Source: Candidatus Marinacidobacterales bacterium (GTDB lineage Bacteria > Acidobacteriota > Vicinamibacteria > Marinacidobacterales > DATDRI01). Taken from it: DNA of 64,000 nucleotides. This document shows, piece by piece, positions 36,900 to 48,825 of the stretch; position 1 is the stretch's first letter; each line of letters opens with the position of its first letter. The position numbers and the translations under genes are program-made. Location of the stretch: NCBI GenBank assembly GCA_965219415.1, contig CBDCNP010000002.1:2784001-2848000 (forward strand), given 5' to 3'. The notes beneath the pieces are model-generated. The model saw only the letters and a list, made by a program, of their open reading frames with translations. It made no database searches and had not been told where the DNA came from.

Positions 36900-38120
36900 T
36901 TATTTCTTTCTCAAAAAAGTCGGGACGTCGAGATCCTCCCCCTCATCCTCTTCCACCGGACCGAAGTCCAAATCGGCGTTGAGAGCACTATCGACATTGC
37001 TCTCTTCGTTCCCGGGACGGTAGAAGCTGGTACCACCGGTGGTACCTTCGCGGACCACCGATTGGTAGTTCTGCATGTCCACCGGAGTCGTGGCGCGCTG
37101 CAAACGGCCCGCCTTTTCGTTCTTCGGGAAGCCGGTGGCGATGACGGTGATCTTGACCTTGCCTTCCATCTTGGGCTCCATGACCGCGCCGAAGATGATG
37201 ACCGCGTCCTCATCGGCCTCTTGATGAATGATCGAAGACGCTTCGTTCACCTCGGTGAGGCTCAGATCGTCGCCGCCGGTGATATTAATGATGACACCCT
37301 TGGCTCCGTCGATCGAGGTGTCCTCGAGAAGCGGACTCGAGATGGCTTTCTGGGCGGCTTCGACGGCGCGATTCTCTCCGCTGGCAACACCGGTGCCCAT
37401 CACCGCATCGCCCATGCCGCGCATGATGGTCTTGACGTCGGCAAAGTCCAGATTGATGAGCCCAGGCACGGTGATGAGGTCGGAGATACCCTGGACTGCC
37501 TGCCTCAAGACATCGTCGGCAACGCTGAACGCTTCGGGCAGGGGGGTGTCTCTTTCCACGGTGGCGAGTAGCCGGTCGTTCGGGATGCAGATGAGTGTAT
37601 CGACGCAGTCGCGAAGCTCGCGGATCCCCTGATCGGCCTGCGCCATGCGACGCTTGCCTTCGAATGTGAACGGCTTGGTTACCACCGCCACGGTCAGCGC
37701 ACCCAGCTCACTCGCCAGCGAGGCGACGATGGGCGCGCCACCGGTTCCGGTTCCGCCTCCCAGACCGGCAGTGATGAACACCATGTCGGCTCCTTCGAGG
37801 GCCTCTAGGATCTTTTCCGTATCCTCGAGCGCCGCCTGTCGGCCGATCTCCGGTTGCGCTCCGCAGCCCAGACCCTTGGTGAGCTTCTCCCCGAGTTGTA
37901 TCTTGGTCGTGGCGTGGTTGGTGCGGAGTGCCTGCGCGTCGGTGTTCGCCGAGAGGAACTCGATCCCCCCGATGCGGGAAGCGATCATCCGATTCACGGC
38001 GTTGCCTCCTCCCCCGCCCACTCCGATCACCTTGATCCTGGCCCCGGTGACGAGGTCTTCTTCAGAAGCGAAATCCTTCGGTGTCTCTGCCGCTAAATCG
38101 TCGTCTTCAAAACGAATCAT
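36900..38120 (-). CDS. ftsZ: Cell division protein FtsZ
   Basis: [28 protein letters not shown]-terminal LDVPTFLRK. Confidence 0.99.
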   Translation of the reverse strand: MIRFEDDDLAAETPKDFASEEDLVTGARIKVIGVGGGGGNAVNRMIASRIGGIEFLSANTDAQALRTNHATTKIQLGEKLTKGLGCGAQPEIGRQAALEDTEKILEALEGADMVFITAGLGGGTGTGGAPIVASLASELGALTVAVVTKPFTFEGKRRMAQADQGIRELRDCVDTLICIPNDRLLATVERDTPLPEAFSVADDVLRQAVQGISDLITVPGLINLDFADVKTIMRGMGDAVMGTGVASGENRAVEAAQKAISSPLLEDTSIDGAKGVIINITGGDDLSLTEVNEASSIIHQEADEDAVIIFGAVMEPKMEGKVKITVIATGFPKNEKAGRLQRATTPVDMQNYQSVVREGTTGGTSFYRPGNEESNVDSALNADLDFGPVEEDEGEDLDVPTFLRKK

Positions 38121-38141
38121 GCACCCACCTCCCTCGAGGAA

Positions 38142-39398
38142 TCAAAAACTCATTGACATTGCATGTAGCCACTCGCGCACTCGCGCCGCCACCCGCCCCA
38201 GTGGCGTGCCCACCATATCGCGAGGCAGGAGGTGATTTGACCTACTTCTAAGCCCGTAAATTACCAACCCCACCCCGGTTGCGTAGGACGGGCTGGCTAC
38301 GACATCGACCAGCCCACCGATCCCGGTCGGAACCCCCCGACGAATCGGCATGTCGAAGATTCGCTCCGCCACTTCGGGAAGTCCCTCCAAGGAGGCGCTT
38401 CCGCCGGTGATGACCACGCCCGAGTTCAAGACTCGCTCGTAGCCGGCGCGACGAATCTCTTGAAACACCAAGTGGCAGATCTCTTCCGCTCGCGGTTGAA
38501 GAATGTCCGCCAAGATCTGGCGTCCGAGGATGCGCGGTTTCCGCCCGCCTACACTCGGCACCTCGATGGTGTCCTCTTCCGACACCATCGTCGCCAAGGC
38601 GCAACCGTACTTCTTCTTGATCTTCTCCGCTTCCAAGATGGGGGTGCGCAATCCAACGGCAACGTCGTTGGTGAAGTGGTCCCCACCGGTCGGTAAGACC
38701 GACGTGTGCCAGATGGTCCCTTTGTCGAAGATGGCGATATCGGTCGTTCCTCCACCGATGTCGACCAAGGCGACGCCGAGCTCCCTTTCGTCTTCGGTCA
38801 GGCATGCGTCGGCTGCCGCCAGCTGTTCCAGCACCGTCTCTATGACCTCCATCCCGGCGCGATTCACGCAGGTCACGATGTTCTGTGTGGCGGTCGTGCT
38901 CGCTGTGATGATGTGCACGTTAGCCTCGAGTCGGCTGCCGGTCATCCCGGTAGGATCGAAGATCCCGTCGTGTCCATCCACTACGAACTCTTGCGGCAGC
39001 ACGTGGACGATTTCTCGATCGCTCGGCAGGGGAATGGCTTTGGCAGCCTCGATGGCTCGGTAGACGTCTTCCCTACCGATCTCACGGGTCTTGCTTGTGA
39101 TTGCCACCACCGCTCGGCTGTTGAAGCCCTTGATGTGTCCCCCGGCGAGGCCGACGTAAGCCGATTCGATCTCGACCCCCGCCATGAGCTCCGCCTCCTC
39201 GACCACCCGCTTGATGGACTCGACGGTCTGCTCAAGGTTGATCACCATCCCCTTGCGCAAACCCTTGGACTCGGTGGAACCAATACCGATGATCTCCAGG
39301 CGACCCTCTTCCGTTACCTCGCTGACTATGGCGGTCACCTTAGCCGTGCCGATGTCGATGCCAACGATGTATCTCTCTTTCTTGGTCAGGACGATCAC
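38142..39398 (-). CDS. ftsA: Cell division protein FtsA
   Basis: GIDIGTAKV, VDIGGGTTD, GG.HFTND, AE.IK..YG, TGG, YATGVGL. Confidence 0.97.
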   Translation of the reverse strand: MIVLTKKERYIVGIDIGTAKVTAIVSEVTEEGRLEIIGIGSTESKGLRKGMVINLEQTVESIKRVVEEAELMAGVEIESAYVGLAGGHIKGFNSRAVVAITSKTREIGREDVYRAIEAAKAIPLPSDREIVHVLPQEFVVDGHDGIFDPTGMTGSRLEANVHIITASTTATQNIVTCVNRAGMEVIETVLEQLAAADACLTEDERELGVALVDIGGGTTDIAIFDKGTIWHTSVLPTGGDHFTNDVAVGLRTPILEAEKIKKKYGCALATMVSEEDTIEVPSVGGRKPRILGRQILADILQPRAEEICHLVFQEIRRAGYERVLNSGVVITGGSASLEGLPEVAERIFDMPIRRGVPTGIGGLVDVVASPSYATGVGLVIYGLRSRSNHLLPRDMVGTPLGRVAARVREWLHAMSMSF

Positions 39399-40288
39399 CT
39401 CCCCCCAGCTGGGACCAGCTCTTCGACTACATCCTCAGACGTCTCGAGCGCGACGTCCTCCGACATTTCTTGGGCGGCGAGTTGTAAGTACACCCGCCCC
39501 TCGAAGCGCACGTCCACAGCGTCAACCGATAAAAAACGGCTTTGAATCTCCTCCGTAAGTGGAACGATTTGCCGGAGACGAGAAGCCAAGTCGGCCTCTC
39601 CTCCGATGATAGCGAGCCGCGGATGGCGAAGCAGGACTTGGATGGAGTCCTTTCCGCCCGAGACGTCGATCTCCGAGACCGCCGCCTCAAGTTTTTCATC
39701 GGCCGCCAATGCCGAAAGGACCCGCCCCGCCAATTCCCGCCGACCGGGTAGCAACTCGCCTCGCTCGTCCGCGAGTCCGCTGACCACCGGAAGCGCAAGG
39801 TCTCCGTAACCGGGCCCCATCTCATCGAGGAACACGCCATCGGCATCAATCAGGTAAAGACGATCCACAACGGCGATTCCGAGCGGGACGCGCTCCACCA
39901 GCCTGAGAGTAAGGGTTGCGGGAAGAATCCGCGCCAGCTCCACATCCTTCACCCACGCCGAAAGGAGCAGTTTCTGCTTCAAAGTATCGAGGTCCAACGA
40001 GAGGATATTCGAGCCAGGATGAAGCCCCAGCGCTTCCAGAATCTCCCCTTCCGCCAACCGTTCGTTCCCTTCAACAAGAATTCTGCTAACCGCGAGCTCA
40101 GGAGCTCGCCCCGCCGCCGCGGCGGTCCAAAACCCCGCGGCGACGAGAATCGCGAGCCCGGTGACCGCTCCCATCCATCGCAGCGCCACCAAGACCGCTC
40201 TTTTTGAAGCGCGTCGAGGACGGACGCGCCTCCTCAAGAAGCGCTCGGAAGAAGTCGTACTCCTCTTCGCTCGCTTCTCTAACTCCAC
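39395..40288 (-). CDS. ftsQ: Cell division protein FtsQ/DivIB
   Basis: Basic N-terminus, TM, POTRA (V.GN..L, WVKDV...R.LP.TL...ER.P), D.RF C-terminus; dcw position. Confidence 0.9.
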   Translation of the reverse strand: MELEKRAKRSTTSSERFLRRRVRPRRASKRAVLVALRWMGAVTGLAILVAAGFWTAAAAGRAPELAVSRILVEGNERLAEGEILEALGLHPGSNILSLDLDTLKQKLLLSAWVKDVELARILPATLTLRLVERVPLGIAVVDRLYLIDADGVFLDEMGPGYGDLALPVVSGLADERGELLPGRRELAGRVLSALAADEKLEAAVSEIDVSGGKDSIQVLLRHPRLAIIGGEADLASRLRQIVPLTEEIQSRFLSVDAVDVRFEGRVYLQLAAQEMSEDVALETSEDVVEELVPAGGR

Positions 40289-41193
40289 TGCCGGACCTCC
40301 TCTTCCAACTCGATAGAGGTAGCTTGATGAACCTTCTCCTTGATCTCCTCGATGAGGGCCAGGACGTCTGCCGTCGTCGCCCTGCCGTCGTGAACAAAAA
40401 AGTTCGCATGGACCTCGGAAACTCGGGCGCCTCCCACCCGCCGTCCTTTCAATCCCAAGCTGTCGATGAGCCGGCCGGCCGAATCGCCCAACGGGTTCTT
40501 GAAAATACAGCCGGCGCTCTTCACCCCGACCGGTTGGCTTGTCTTGCGATCCGCCAGCTGTTTTTCCATGTCCGCACGAATGGCGCGCGGATCATCCTCC
40601 GCTAGCTTCACTCGGCATCTCGCCACAACGAGCTCGTCTCCGAAAGAAGAATGACGATAGCGAAAGTCGATCTGCTGCCGCGACAGCTCCAACTTCTCTC
40701 CTCGTGGGTCGATGACCGTGACGTGCTCGACCCACTGGCCGATGGAAAACCCGAAGGCTCCCGCATTCATTGCCAGGACACCCCCCACCGAACCAGGAAT
40801 ACCGACTCCACCTTCGAGACCGCGTAGCCCTCGCGACACGGCAGCCCTTACCAACCCAGGAAAATGAGCGCCGGCTTCGGCCTCGACTTCCCCTTTGTCT
40901 CTAAAACCGACGATCTTCATCGCTCCCGTGTGAATGACGACTCCGCGAACGCCTGCGTCGCTCACCAAAAGGTTGCTGCCCCCTCCCAACACTCGTGCGG
41001 GAACCTTGAGCTCATTGGCCAAACGAACGGCGGACAGCAACTCTTCCGTCGAAGCAGGGAATGCCAACACCTCTGCCGGCCCTCCCAAGCCGACGGTCGT
41101 ATAGCGAGCCAAGGGTTCTTCCTGCCGAAAACGCACCCCTGCCTCCTTGAAGGCAGTGACCAACTGGACGACCGGATACTCAGTCACGTTCAC
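40279..41193 (-). CDS. murB: UDP-N-acetylenolpyruvoylglucosamine reductase
   Basis: [45 protein letters not shown]. Confidence 0.96.
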   Translation of the reverse strand: MNVTEYPVVQLVTAFKEAGVRFRQEEPLARYTTVGLGGPAEVLAFPASTEELLSAVRLANELKVPARVLGGGSNLLVSDAGVRGVVIHTGAMKIVGFRDKGEVEAEAGAHFPGLVRAAVSRGLRGLEGGVGIPGSVGGVLAMNAGAFGFSIGQWVEHVTVIDPRGEKLELSRQQIDFRYRHSSFGDELVVARCRVKLAEDDPRAIRADMEKQLADRKTSQPVGVKSAGCIFKNPLGDSAGRLIDSLGLKGRRVGGARVSEVHANFFVHDGRATTADVLALIEEIKEKVHQATSIELEEEVRQWS

Positions 41194-42568
41194 GAATCAT
41201 CTCCGCCAGCTCGTCAGAGAGCGATGTGACGCTGCCCGCTCCTAGCGTCATGACCAGGTCACCTTCTCGAAGCTGGTCCTTCAAGATTTGGGGAACCGTC
41301 TGAATGTCTCCCACGAAGCGGACATCGCGGTGGCCATGCACTTTGATACCGTCGGCAAGCCGTTGACCGGTTACGCCCGGTAACGGATCCTCTCCGGCGG
41401 GATAGATCTCGGTCACCAACAAGAGATCAGCCTGATGAAAGGCTCGGCAAAAATCATCGAATAGCTCTTTCACCCGCGAATAACGGTGGGGCTGAAACAC
41501 CACAACCGTCCGACGCCCGAACGCTTCTTTTGCAGTAGCCAAGCTGGCTCGTATCTCCGTTGGATGGTGACCGTAATCGTCCACCACTAGAATCCCCCCA
41601 TGGTCGCCTTTGACCTGGAACCTCCGATCGACTCCCGAGAAGGATTCGAGCCCGGCACTGATGCCCTCGACCGAGATGCCTAACTCTAGCCCCACACCAA
41701 CGGCTGCAAGGCTGTTCAAGGCGTTGTGCCGCCCCGGAACGCGAAGCTTGATCGAGCCCATCTCCTGGCCACGGATCTTCAACCGATAGCAAGAATTCGT
41801 GCCCGACAGATTGATCGAGTCTGCGGTGATGTCCGCTTGCGTCGAGAACCCGTACGTCACGTAGCGTCTCTTGATGCGGGGCAAAATGTCCTGCACGCGC
41901 TCATCATCCAGACACAATAGAGACGCGCCGTAAAAGGGGACCTTGTTCGCGAAATCTACGAATGCGTCCTTTAGATCCTCCATGTCGCGATAGGCCTCGA
42001 GGTGTTCACGATCGATTCCGGTGACCACCGCCGCCACCGGGGAAAGGTGCAAGAAACTGCGATCAGACTCGTCCGCTTCTACGACCATGAAATCCGAGCG
42101 ACCTAGCTTGGCGTTACTTCCCAAAATCCCCAGCCGACCGCCGATCACCATGGTCGGATCCAGACCGGCGCGATCCATTAGCACCGAGATCATCGAAGTC
42201 GTCGACGTCTTTCCATGGGAGCCGGCCACCGCGATGCCGTATTTCAACCGCATCAACTCCGCCAGCATCTCGGCGCGCGGAATAATCGGGATTTGAAGTC
42301 GCCTCGCCTCTTCGAGCTCTGGATTATCGGAACGTACGGCGGACGAGACGACCACCACGTCAGAGCCCGGCACATGATCCTTGCGATGCTTCTCGAAAAA
42401 CTTGACTCCCATCGATTGAAGCCGCTCGACCACGGCGCCTTTGCGCAAGTCAGAACCGCTCACCGGGTAGCCGAGGTTCACGAGCACCTCGGCTAGCCCA
42501 CTCATCCCGATTCCCCCTACGCCCACGAAATGGATCCGGGTCTTTTGGGAGAACAACGGTGCACTCAC
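41180..42568 (-). CDS. murC: UDP-N-acetylmuramate--L-alanine ligase
   Basis: [49 protein letters not shown]; GTG start overlaps the murG stop. Confidence 0.97.
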   Translation of the reverse strand: MSAPLFSQKTRIHFVGVGGIGMSGLAEVLVNLGYPVSGSDLRKGAVVERLQSMGVKFFEKHRKDHVPGSDVVVVSSAVRSDNPELEEARRLQIPIIPRAEMLAELMRLKYGIAVAGSHGKTSTTSMISVLMDRAGLDPTMVIGGRLGILGSNAKLGRSDFMVVEADESDRSFLHLSPVAAVVTGIDREHLEAYRDMEDLKDAFVDFANKVPFYGASLLCLDDERVQDILPRIKRRYVTYGFSTQADITADSINLSGTNSCYRLKIRGQEMGSIKLRVPGRHNALNSLAAVGVGLELGISVEGISAGLESFSGVDRRFQVKGDHGGILVVDDYGHHPTEIRASLATAKEAFGRRTVVVFQPHRYSRVKELFDDFCRAFHQADLLLVTEIYPAGEDPLPGVTGQRLADGIKVHGHRDVRFVGDIQTVPQILKDQLREGDLVMTLGAGSVTSLSDELAEMIRERD

Positions 42569-43674
42569 GCCGCCTCCTCCCTCGTACTTTCGTGGGCCAG
42601 TTCCACCAGGCGGTCGACGATCACGCCGGCCGCTTCCGGCCGCGCCAATTTTTTCGCGGCCGCCGCCATTCGTTGGCGACCAGCGCGATCTTCCAAGAGA
42701 TCGAGAATGGCGTGGGCCAGACTCTCGCCGGTGGGCCCTTCTTGTAGAACCATTCGGGCCGCGCCTGCTCGCGCCATGGCCTCGGCGTTCGCTCGCTGAT
42801 GGTCTCCGGCGAGCGGCAGGGGAACCAAGATCGCCCCCCGCCCTGCGGCGGCCAATTCCGCACACGTCGTCGCCCCCGCCCGAGACACGACCAAATCACA
42901 GTCTCCGTATTCCTTCGCCATCGCGTCCAAATAGGCTTCGACGCGAGCAGTCCATCCCTCTTCTTGGTAGGCCGTTCGTACCCACGCAAGCCCCGCCTCC
43001 CCGGTCTGATGCGTGATCCGCAACAGGTCCCGATGGGACCGAATGTGAGGGAGCGCTTCGATCATGGCGCGGTTGAGCGCGAGGGAGCCTTGGCTTCCTC
43101 CGAAGATCAACAGGTGCATCACTTCGCCTGGCGGACGCGAGCCGACACGCGTGATCTCCTCGCGAACGGGATTGCCAGAGACGAACCCCTTCCCGCGGAA
43201 AAAACGCCCGGTCTCATCCCAAGCGAGAGCGGCCGCGTCCACCCAAGGCGATAGCCATCGATTGGTCAACCCCGGCTCCGCATTCGGCTCCAGGATGAGT
43301 GTTGGCACTCCCGAAACCGCGGCGACCGCTAGTAGGGGGCCAGAAACGTATCCGCCTACCCCCATCACGACGTGAGGGTGGACGCGTCGGAGTAAGCGCA
43401 ATGATTCGAACATCGCTGGGCCAATCTGCAACAAACCCTTCAACTTTCGAAAGAGCGAGCCTCCGCGAAGCGGATCCACGTTCAATATCTCGAGCGCGTA
43501 GCCGGCTTGGGGAACCACCTTCCCCTCGAGTCCACGCCTCGTACCCGCGAAGATCACTTCCGACTCCGCATCCCGCTGCTTGAGCTCTCGAGCCACCGCA
43601 AGGGCCGGGTAGAGATGCCCCCCGGTTCCGCCTGCCGCCACCAACAACCGCAGGCCATTTCGGCTACTCGACAA
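42565..43674 (-). CDS. murG: Lipid II GlcNAc transferase
   Basis: [38 protein letters not shown]. Confidence 0.97.
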   Translation of the reverse strand: MSSSRNGLRLLVAAGGTGGHLYPALAVARELKQRDAESEVIFAGTRRGLEGKVVPQAGYALEILNVDPLRGGSLFRKLKGLLQIGPAMFESLRLLRRVHPHVVMGVGGYVSGPLLAVAAVSGVPTLILEPNAEPGLTNRWLSPWVDAAALAWDETGRFFRGKGFVSGNPVREEITRVGSRPPGEVMHLLIFGGSQGSLALNRAMIEALPHIRSHRDLLRITHQTGEAGLAWVRTAYQEEGWTARVEAYLDAMAKEYGDCDLVVSRAGATTCAELAAAGRGAILVPLPLAGDHQRANAEAMARAGAARMVLQEGPTGESLAHAILDLLEDRAGRQRMAAAAKKLARPEAAGVIVDRLVELAHESTREEAA

Positions 43675-43677
43675 CCT

Positions 43678-44769
43678 TTACCTCGCATGCTGGGAAATGC
43701 CCAGCAGCAGCCCGACTGCCGCCAACGATGTCACCAAGGAAGATCCACCCGCCGAAATAAAAGGCAGAGGTATTCCTGTGGTGGGAAGCATCCCCAAGGA
43801 CACTCCCATGTTCATGAGCGCTTGCCCCACGATCAGGGCGGTCAATCCGCTCGCCAACAGAGTTCCGAAAAGATCCGGTGCCCGGCGCGCGATGACGACA
43901 CCTCGCCACAGCAACACCACGAAGGCACCCAGTACCGCCACCGCCCCGATGAAACCCAACTCTTCACCGATCACCGAATAGATGAAGTCGGTATGCGGCT
44001 CGGGTAGATAGAACAGCTTCTGACGGCTCCGCATGAAACCAGCACCCAGAATACCGCCCGTGCCGACCGCAATGAGAGACTGGATGATTTGAAAACCCCG
44101 ACCCAACGGATCTTCGAATGGATCGATAAAAGTAAGCAGTCGCTCTCGACGATAGTCCACGCGGACGATCAAGAGGTACATCAGCGGCGCGACCGCCATA
44201 CCGAGTCCTGCCAGATAACGAAAGGGGGCTCCGGCCACGAAGAAAAGGCAGAAACTCACGAACGCCAGGCACGCGGCGGTGCCGAAGTCCGGTTCGATGA
44301 GAACCAGAAAGGCCAGAAACCCGGTAACGACCAAAGGAAGAAAGAGCCCGCCAAAGAAATCGTCGATCCGCTCGCGCTTCTGATCAAGTAGGTAGGCCAC
44401 CGTCAAAATCAGCGACAACTTCACCATCTCCGAAGGTTGAAACGAAAGCAAGCCAAAGCGAAGCCATCGGTGTGCGTTCTTGAGTGGCGGAGAAAAGAGC
44501 ACCGCAATGAGAAAACCCACGGTCAAGAGCAGAAAACCGTAAACCAGGAGCGGCTGCCGAAGCCGGCGGTAGTCCAACTTCATCAACACTGCCATGACCG
44601 CCAGCCCCAACGCCGCACAAATGAGCTGTTTGATGAGAAAGAAGTAGGAACCTCGATGCGCCGCGTCGGCAACGACCGCCGAGGCGCTGTAGAGCATGGC
44701 CAGACCGAACGACACCAATCCAATGGTGACGATGAATAGCGTTCGATCCGCTGAGAGTTTCTTGGCCAT
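43678..44769 (-). CDS. ftsW: Peptidoglycan glycosyltransferase FtsW
   Basis: RW, FQPSE, PDFGT, G.QI.QSL.A, LPEPHTDFI, GEELG, P.TG.PLPFIS.GGSS. Confidence 0.96.
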   Translation of the reverse strand: MAKKLSADRTLFIVTIGLVSFGLAMLYSASAVVADAAHRGSYFFLIKQLICAALGLAVMAVLMKLDYRRLRQPLLVYGFLLLTVGFLIAVLFSPPLKNAHRWLRFGLLSFQPSEMVKLSLILTVAYLLDQKRERIDDFFGGLFLPLVVTGFLAFLVLIEPDFGTAACLAFVSFCLFFVAGAPFRYLAGLGMAVAPLMYLLIVRVDYRRERLLTFIDPFEDPLGRGFQIIQSLIAVGTGGILGAGFMRSRQKLFYLPEPHTDFIYSVIGEELGFIGAVAVLGAFVVLLWRGVVIARRAPDLFGTLLASGLTALIVGQALMNMGVSLGMLPTTGIPLPFISAGGSSLVTSLAAVGLLLGISQHAR

Positions 44770-44771
44770 TA

Positions 44772-44890
44772 ATTAGTGCTCGGTTTTTCTACTAGTGGCG
44801 CGGGGCCCCACCCCCAGGCTTGTCCCTCCGGCGGCTGCGCGCCTCCGCGACGGCTGAGGGCTCCCCGGCCGGAGGCCCTGACGGGCCGTC
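44772..44890. repeat. Repeat mosaic in murD-ftsW spacer
   Basis: Reverse complement GCCTGGGGGTGGGGGCCCCGCGCCACTA matches 54477-54503; GCGGCTGCGCG..GCTGAGGGCTC..GGCCG matches 48899-48947. Confidence 0.7.
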
Positions 44891-46304
44891 ATTTACTCTT
44901 CCCCCTATCGGGGCGTTTCTTCTTCTTGAGCTTCTCTACTTCTTCTCTAAAGAGTCGGCCTCGCTCGGCGTAATCGGCGAACATATCGAAGCTCGCGCAG
45001 GCGGGAGAGAAGAGCACGGTATCTCCCGGCTCCGAGTGCTCGAAGGCTCGCTCCACTACCTCACGCAACTCGGTGCAAAGCACTACCGGGACTTTTGCAC
45101 CCAACACTCCCGCAATCTGCTCTTTCGCTTCGCCGAGAGCCAGCACTAGCTTGACCTTCCCCCCGACGTCGTCGAGCAACGCCTCGAAATCGGCACCCTT
45201 GGAACGTCCACCCAAAACCAAGATCACACCTTCGTCGAAACTCGCGATCGCGGCGTGCGCCGCCGCCACGTTGGTGGCTTTCGAGTCGTCGTAAAACGAA
45301 ACCCCTGCAATCTCGCCGACCCTCTCGAGGGCGTGCGGGATGCCCGGAAAGTTGGCCACCGCGTCCCTCACCGTTTCGGCCTGAACCCCGAGGGTTGCCA
45401 CCGCGGCGGCGGCCGCCATCACGTTCTCCACGTTGTGCTCGCCAGGGAGAGGAATGCTCTCCAGCGGTATCCACTCGCTGGTGAATGCGTCCTCGTGCCT
45501 TACGATCCACCCCTCCCTAACGCAGACGTGGGGCACCTTGTCGCCCATGCAATCGAGACTGTAATAGATTTTCTGCGATCGACTTCTAGAGCCCATATCC
45601 ATAGTCAGGCGATTGCCGCCGTAGATTACGGCCCAATCTTCCTGCTCCTGATTGGCGAAGATACGCTCCTTGGCCTCGCGGTACGCTTCGAAAGATGCGT
45701 GCCTGTCCAGATGGTCGGGCGTCACATTGAGAAGTACCGCGACACTTGGACGAAAGCTCTCTGTCATTTCTAGCTGAAAGCTCGAGACCTCTACCACTAC
45801 GGATGAATCTTTTTTCGCCTTTTCCACTAGACTGATGAGCGGCTGCCCGATGTTTCCGCCCAACACGACCGGCCGGCCGTCTCGCTTCAAAATGTCCGCA
45901 ATGAGCGTGGCGGTGGTCGACTTGCCCTTGGTGCCGGTCACCGCCACCACCCGTCCTTCGATCTCTCGAATAGCCAGCTCCAACTCTCCCCAAATGGGCA
46001 CTCCCTGCTCTCTTGCTTCCTTCAACGGGTCGACATCCGCGGGAACACCGGGACTGAGAACGACCAAATCGATATCTCTCACCAGGCCTGCGGGATGAGA
46101 GCCGGTGACCAGATCGACACCCAGCTCGGCGAGCTCCGCCACTCGCGGGGATAGCTCCTCCATAGGCTTCCGATCGTTTGCCCGTACTTGAGCACCGTGA
46201 CGGAGGAGAAAATCCACCGCCGCGAGCCCGCTGCGGGCGAGTCCGATGACGAGCACGCGGCGTCCCCGATAGCGCCCTCCCCCTATTTTTTCTGTGCTGT
46301 CCAC
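44889..46304 (-). CDS. murD: UDP-MurNAc-L-Ala--D-glutamate ligase
   Basis: GLARSG, SPGVP, TGTKGKSTT, GGNIG, EVSSFQLE, DHLDRH, DSKATN, SPACASFD. Confidence 0.97.
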   Translation of the reverse strand: MDSTEKIGGGRYRGRRVLVIGLARSGLAAVDFLLRHGAQVRANDRKPMEELSPRVAELAELGVDLVTGSHPAGLVRDIDLVVLSPGVPADVDPLKEAREQGVPIWGELELAIREIEGRVVAVTGTKGKSTTATLIADILKRDGRPVVLGGNIGQPLISLVEKAKKDSSVVVEVSSFQLEMTESFRPSVAVLLNVTPDHLDRHASFEAYREAKERIFANQEQEDWAVIYGGNRLTMDMGSRSRSQKIYYSLDCMGDKVPHVCVREGWIVRHEDAFTSEWIPLESIPLPGEHNVENVMAAAAAVATLGVQAETVRDAVANFPGIPHALERVGEIAGVSFYDDSKATNVAAAHAAIASFDEGVILVLGGRSKGADFEALLDDVGGKVKLVLALGEAKEQIAGVLGAKVPVVLCTELREVVERAFEHSEPGDTVLFSPACASFDMFADYAERGRLFREEVEKLKKKKRPDRGKSK

Positions 46305-46308
46305 GCAT

Positions 46309-47394
46309 CTACCGAATCTTCAAAGTCGTTAGGCTGGCCAACGCGAAAATGATCGCAACGATCCAAAACCGGATGATGATCTTCGGCTCCTTCCACCCCA
46401 TGAGCTCGAAGTGATGGTGCAAAGGCGCCATACGAAATACCCGCTTGCCGGTCAACTGAAACGACGTCACTTGGAGGATCACCGATAGCGTCTCGACCAC
46501 GAACAATCCCCCCACCAGAATCAACAAAAGTTCTTGTTTGATCAGCAGGGCCACAGTTCCGATCGCCCCACCCAAGGCCAGCGAGCCCACGTCACCCATA
46601 AACACCTGCGCCGGGTAGCAGTTGAACCACAAGAACCCGAGGCTCGCCCCGATCATCGCCCCGCCGAAGATGGTGAGCTCCCAAATTCGCGGGATATGAA
46701 TCAAATCTAGGTAGGCCGAGAACTGGGCGTGACCGGTCACGTAGGTCAACGTGGTGTAGGTGGCCGCTGCGATCAAGACGCTTCCGACCGCCAACCCGTC
46801 GAGACCGTCGGTGAAATTGACGGCATTGGAAGCCGCTACGAGTACCAAAACGGCGAACGGCACGAATGCCCAGGACAGGTCGGGCCTCACGTCCTTGAAG
46901 AAGGGAAACAACAACTCCGTGCTGTAAGAGCCTCGATAGGAAAGCTGCAACAAATAGCCCGCTAGCGCAAGAGCCACCGCGACCTGCAATACGAGCTTCC
47001 ATCGTGCGGCCAGCCCACGGGATCGTTTGCGGCGAAGCTTTAGGAGGTCGTCCGCTAGACCGATCGTGGCGTAACCGACTGTCGTCGCCAAGGCGATCCA
47101 GACGAAGGTGTTTCTGAGATCCGCCCATAGAAGCGTTGGGATCACGATCGCGGACAGGATCAGCAGACCTCCCATCGTGGGAGTGCCCGCCTTGACCTGG
47201 TGGTGTTCCGGCCCTTCCTCCCGAATGCGTTCACCGATCTGAAAGTGCCCCAACCGCCTGATGAGCCATGGCCCCATCAGAAAACTGATGAGAAGCGCAG
47301 TCAACGTGGCACACGCAGTGCGGAACGTCACATACCGGAATACGTTGAAGACGCTGTACTCGGTGTGGAGCGGATAGAGGAAATGAAAGAGCAT
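46309..47394 (-). CDS. mraY: Phospho-MurNAc-pentapeptide transferase
   Basis: KAGTPTMGG, DD, SNAVNFTDGLDGL, FMGDVGSL, MAPLHHHFE. Confidence 0.98.
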   Translation of the reverse strand: MLFHFLYPLHTEYSVFNVFRYVTFRTACATLTALLISFLMGPWLIRRLGHFQIGERIREEGPEHHQVKAGTPTMGGLLILSAIVIPTLLWADLRNTFVWIALATTVGYATIGLADDLLKLRRKRSRGLAARWKLVLQVAVALALAGYLLQLSYRGSYSTELLFPFFKDVRPDLSWAFVPFAVLVLVAASNAVNFTDGLDGLAVGSVLIAAATYTTLTYVTGHAQFSAYLDLIHIPRIWELTIFGGAMIGASLGFLWFNCYPAQVFMGDVGSLALGGAIGTVALLIKQELLLILVGGLFVVETLSVILQVTSFQLTGKRVFRMAPLHHHFELMGWKEPKIIIRFWIVAIIFALASLTTLKIR

Positions 47395-48809
47395 CAGACC
47401 GACTCCGCCGGATATCGCTTTCGCAGTGCTGTGATGGCTTCCTCGAGAGCCACCCCGCGCGACGCTTTGAACAAGACCGCGTCCTCACGAGAAGCCAGGT
47501 CGGCCAGAAGCTCGCCGGCTTCCAGGGCATCGCCAGCGGTGAAAAGAGCGTCCTCCAGCATACCGGCGCGCCGCGCGCCTTCGACGAGGGTCGCCCCCAG
47601 CGGACCGACACCAATGAGGAGAGACACGTTGCTTTCGGCGACATAGCGACCGCAGTCAAGATGGAGCGCCTCGGTGCGATCCCCGAGCTCGAGCATGTCC
47701 CCGAGTACCGCGATGTGTCGCGAAGCCTTTTCCTCCATCAAAGAAGCGAGTGCCGCCTCCACCGCTACAGGATTCGAGTTGTAGGTTTCGTCGATGACGA
47801 GAGGCCCGTCTCCAAAGTGGATTCGCTCACCTCGACGCGCTGGCGGCTGTAGATTCCGCAGTTTCTCTGCCGCCTCCTCCAATGACAATCCAAGTGCCCA
47901 GGAAGCGGCAAGCGCGGCGAGCAAATTGTAGACGTTGTGCTTTCCGAAAAGGGGAGCCACCACGTTCGTTCGTTGCTTGGGATATTCACCCACCGGATCC
48001 TCGAGCTCGGCGATGAACTTCATGCCATTCGACGTTCGAACGAGCTCCCGGGCACGTAGCTCGGCTTTTGCTCCGATTCCGAAACTAATCTGTCTTCCAG
48101 AGAACCGGCGAGCTTCTTCGAGGACCAACGGATCGTCGGCGTTTACTACGGCCACCGCCTCTCCGGCGAGACCATCGAAGAGTTCTCCCTTCGCCCTAGC
48201 GATAGCTTCGAGAGAAGGAAAGAACTCGCGGTGAACCTCTGCCACGTTCAACAGCACTCCCACATCCGGTCTGGCGATCTCGGTGAGGCTTGCGATCTCG
48301 CCTGGCGCTGACATTCCCATTTCCAAAACTGCCACTTCTTCTCTATTCAACTTCAGAATCGAGAGCGGAAGACCGTACAAGTTATTCAGATTCCCCGCCG
48401 ACTTCAGCACTCGAAATCGGGCTCCCAGAGCGGCGGCGGTCGCTTCTTTGGCTGTCGTTTTGCCCACGCTTCCAGTGATGGCGACCACCTTGACCCCCGC
48501 CGACTGACGCACCGCCTTGGCCAAAACTTGGAGCGCGGCAGCGGTGTCCTCGACGCGAATCTCAATTCCCGTTTCGCTTCCCTCACCCACCCTTCGTGGC
48601 TTCGACACCACCGCACCCACCGCGCCCCGCTCGAGAGCTTGGCGGACGAACTGATGCCCATCGAAATGCGGGCCCACGATGGCGAAGAACAGATCGCCTC
48701 GCTCGACCGTTCGCGAGTCGATGGAGATCGACTCGATTCGAGTCTCTGCCGAACCGGACGTAAGCTTTCCTCCCAAGTACGAAACCACTTGTCCTGCCGT
48801 TAGATTCAA
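47394..48809 (-). CDS. murF: UDP-MurNAc-tripeptide--D-Ala-D-Ala ligase
   Basis: SIDSR, DGH.F, ITGSVGKTT.KE, GNLNN..GLP, EMGM, DE.YNSNP, LGDMLELG, KASRG. Confidence 0.96.
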   Translation of the reverse strand: MNLTAGQVVSYLGGKLTSGSAETRIESISIDSRTVERGDLFFAIVGPHFDGHQFVRQALERGAVGAVVSKPRRVGEGSETGIEIRVEDTAAALQVLAKAVRQSAGVKVVAITGSVGKTTAKEATAAALGARFRVLKSAGNLNNLYGLPLSILKLNREEVAVLEMGMSAPGEIASLTEIARPDVGVLLNVAEVHREFFPSLEAIARAKGELFDGLAGEAVAVVNADDPLVLEEARRFSGRQISFGIGAKAELRARELVRTSNGMKFIAELEDPVGEYPKQRTNVVAPLFGKHNVYNLLAALAASWALGLSLEEAAEKLRNLQPPARRGERIHFGDGPLVIDETYNSNPVAVEAALASLMEEKASRHIAVLGDMLELGDRTEALHLDCGRYVAESNVSLLIGVGPLGATLVEGARRAGMLEDALFTAGDALEAGELLADLASREDAVLFKASRGVALEEAITALRKRYPAESV

Positions 48810-48825
48810 TAAGCTGCCTTAATAC

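Noticed and set aside
42569-42865. Long N-terminal extensions of murC (also murE to 50708, ftsL to 52956, radical SAM to 32753)
   Set aside because: ORF-caller artefacts overlapping upstream genes; for murC, murE and ftsL coupled starts overlapping the upstream stop give normal lengths, and the radical SAM extension overlaps the divergent pfkA.
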